From Methanomicrobiales archaeon (GTDB lineage Archaea; Halobacteriota; Methanomicrobia; Methanomicrobiales; JACTUA01): a DNA stretch of 38,772 bases. A program made the translations under genes and the position numbers. The stretch spans positions 1-38,772 of the forward strand of contig JAXDAH010000030.1 of NCBI GenBank assembly GCA_034679905.1, read 5' to 3'. Shown in pieces: positions 37,634 through 38,772 of the stretch. Below the pieces are notes generated by a model, which saw only the letters and a list, made by a program, of their open reading frames with translations, was not told the DNA's origin and did not search any database. Positions within the stretch are counted from its first letter, which is position 1. Each line of letters opens with the position of its first letter.

Positions 37634-38643
37634 GGCAGAGCAGCACCCGGCTTGGTGAAGAGCCGCATGATTCCGTCCTTTTCCAGATCGAACACGGAGG
37701 TCGCTTTGCCGCGGTACTGGATCGTGAGGTTTCTGCTCCCGTCCACCCTGCCAATGGGGCGGGCGACGATGCCGACGCTAGCAAACCGCCTGCAGACCTC
37801 CTCCGCGTGCTCGTCCCGAGCGGTGAGCACGAAACCCATGCCGGGGTACATCCGCACCCAGTGTTCGAACGTAATCCCGTGCACGGCGAGATCCGGACGG
37901 GGGATCGCGTCGAGCTCGATTACGGCGCCCTTGTTGCTCACCTCGAGCAGCATGCCCAGAGTACCGAGGACGCCGGGGTTGCTGATGTCCTTGCCCGCCG
38001 TCAGCAGGTGCTCCTCCCCCAGCCTCTGGAGAAGCCCGATTTGCGCCCGCACCCGTTCGGGCGGCTTCATCGTCACGGAGTCCCAGTTGAGGGCGCAGGA
38101 GGGGTGAACCCTGCCCGCCAGATCGATGGCGGCAATCACCCGGTCGCCGTCACGGGCGGTGCTGCTGTAGACGATCGAGTCCAGCCGGGCCGAGCCCAGG
38201 ATGGCCACATCGATGACGCTGTAGGGGGTGTCGGGGTGGAGGTGCCCCCCCACGATGGGGACGCCGAACTGAGCTGATGCATTCAGCATCCCCTGGGTGA
38301 CCTTCTCCCGAATCCGCGTATCGGATGCCGAGAGGACATCCACCACCGCGATCGGTCTGCCGCCCATCGCGGCAATGTCGTGGATATTCACGAGAATGGA
38401 GCAGTAACCGGCCCAGACGGGATCGACCTCCATCAGCTGGCTCCAGATCCCGTCGGCTGCGAGAAGGAGAGCTTCGGATCCATGCTCGATTACAGCTGCG
38501 TCCTCCCCGAACGAGGCGATGACGTTGACGTTGGGGGAGTCGATCCGCAGCGACTGGATCATCTGGCCGATGGCATGTTTTCTCGTCACTCCGACGTACT
38601 CCCGCACCGCCTTTGCAACAGAATCTATGGAGCAGTGATCCAC
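37630..38643 (-). CDS. Methanogenesis marker protein 2 (AIR synthase/PurM-like ATP-binding)
   Basis: [32 protein letters not shown] and KDISNPG. GTG at 38643 or TTG at 38646. Confidence 0.88.
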   Translation of the reverse strand: MDHCSIDSVAKAVREYVGVTRKHAIGQMIQSLRIDSPNVNVIASFGEDAAVIEHGSEALLLAADGIWSQLMEVDPVWAGYCSILVNIHDIAAMGGRPIAVVDVLSASDTRIREKVTQGMLNASAQFGVPIVGGHLHPDTPYSVIDVAILGSARLDSIVYSSTARDGDRVIAAIDLAGRVHPSCALNWDSVTMKPPERVRAQIGLLQRLGEEHLLTAGKDISNPGVLGTLGMLLEVSNKGAVIELDAIPRPDLAVHGITFEHWVRMYPGMGFVLTARDEHAEEVCRRFASVGIVARPIGRVDGSRNLTIQYRGKATSVFDLEKDGIMRLFTKPGAALP

Positions 38644-38725
38644 CAATATACCACCAAAGGTTAGTCCTTTAGGTAATCATCCTTCATTAGAGATAATTTA
38701 TTTGATTACCGGCCAAACCTTGTAT

Positions 38726-38772
38726 GTGGATTGGGCAGAAGAGTATCGGCCGCTTCAGCTGCAGGACGTCGT
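38726..38772 (+). CDS. rfcL: Replication factor C subunit, probably large (first 15 codons only)
   Basis: GTG start gives MDWAEEYRPLQLQDV, matching the RFC WxEKYRP motif; truncated by the window edge. Confidence 0.7.
   Translation, partial: MDWAEEYRPLQLQDV

Overview
GC-rich chromosomal window from a methanogenic archaeon, most likely Methanomicrobiales (inferred from GatDE, rpl10e, an HMf-type histone, archaeal MAT, methanogenesis markers 2 and 4/MtxX, and TATA/BRE promoters). Most of it is core metabolism: tRNA-Leu(UAA); a cation/H+ antiporter; a RibD-C reductase; a DUF2070/PfkB kinase/DUF555/nitroreductase cluster; argH-gatD-gatE; an HTH regulator divergent from a NitT/TauT ABC transporter; rpl10e; fumarase alpha/beta; korDABC-sucCD with a diadenylate cyclase; trpEGDCFBA; mat-hisGAB; histone; mtxX; marker 2; and the start of rfcL. 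The first 1.7 kb, next to the tRNA 3' end, looks accessory. I found no CRISPR array, integrase, transposase or defence operon. The least explained signal is a dispersed family of G/C-rich palindromic intergenic repeats bounded by (C)TATCGC...GCGATA(G). It occurs in the two largest gene-free gaps, which share an exact 21-bp match 18 kb apart. The next most interesting is a c-di-AMP synthase coupled to the kor-suc operon. I cannot establish from sequence alone that either is undescribed. Family assignments come from motif recognition, not database searches, and several start codons were moved from the ORF track using stop/start overlaps and RBS position.
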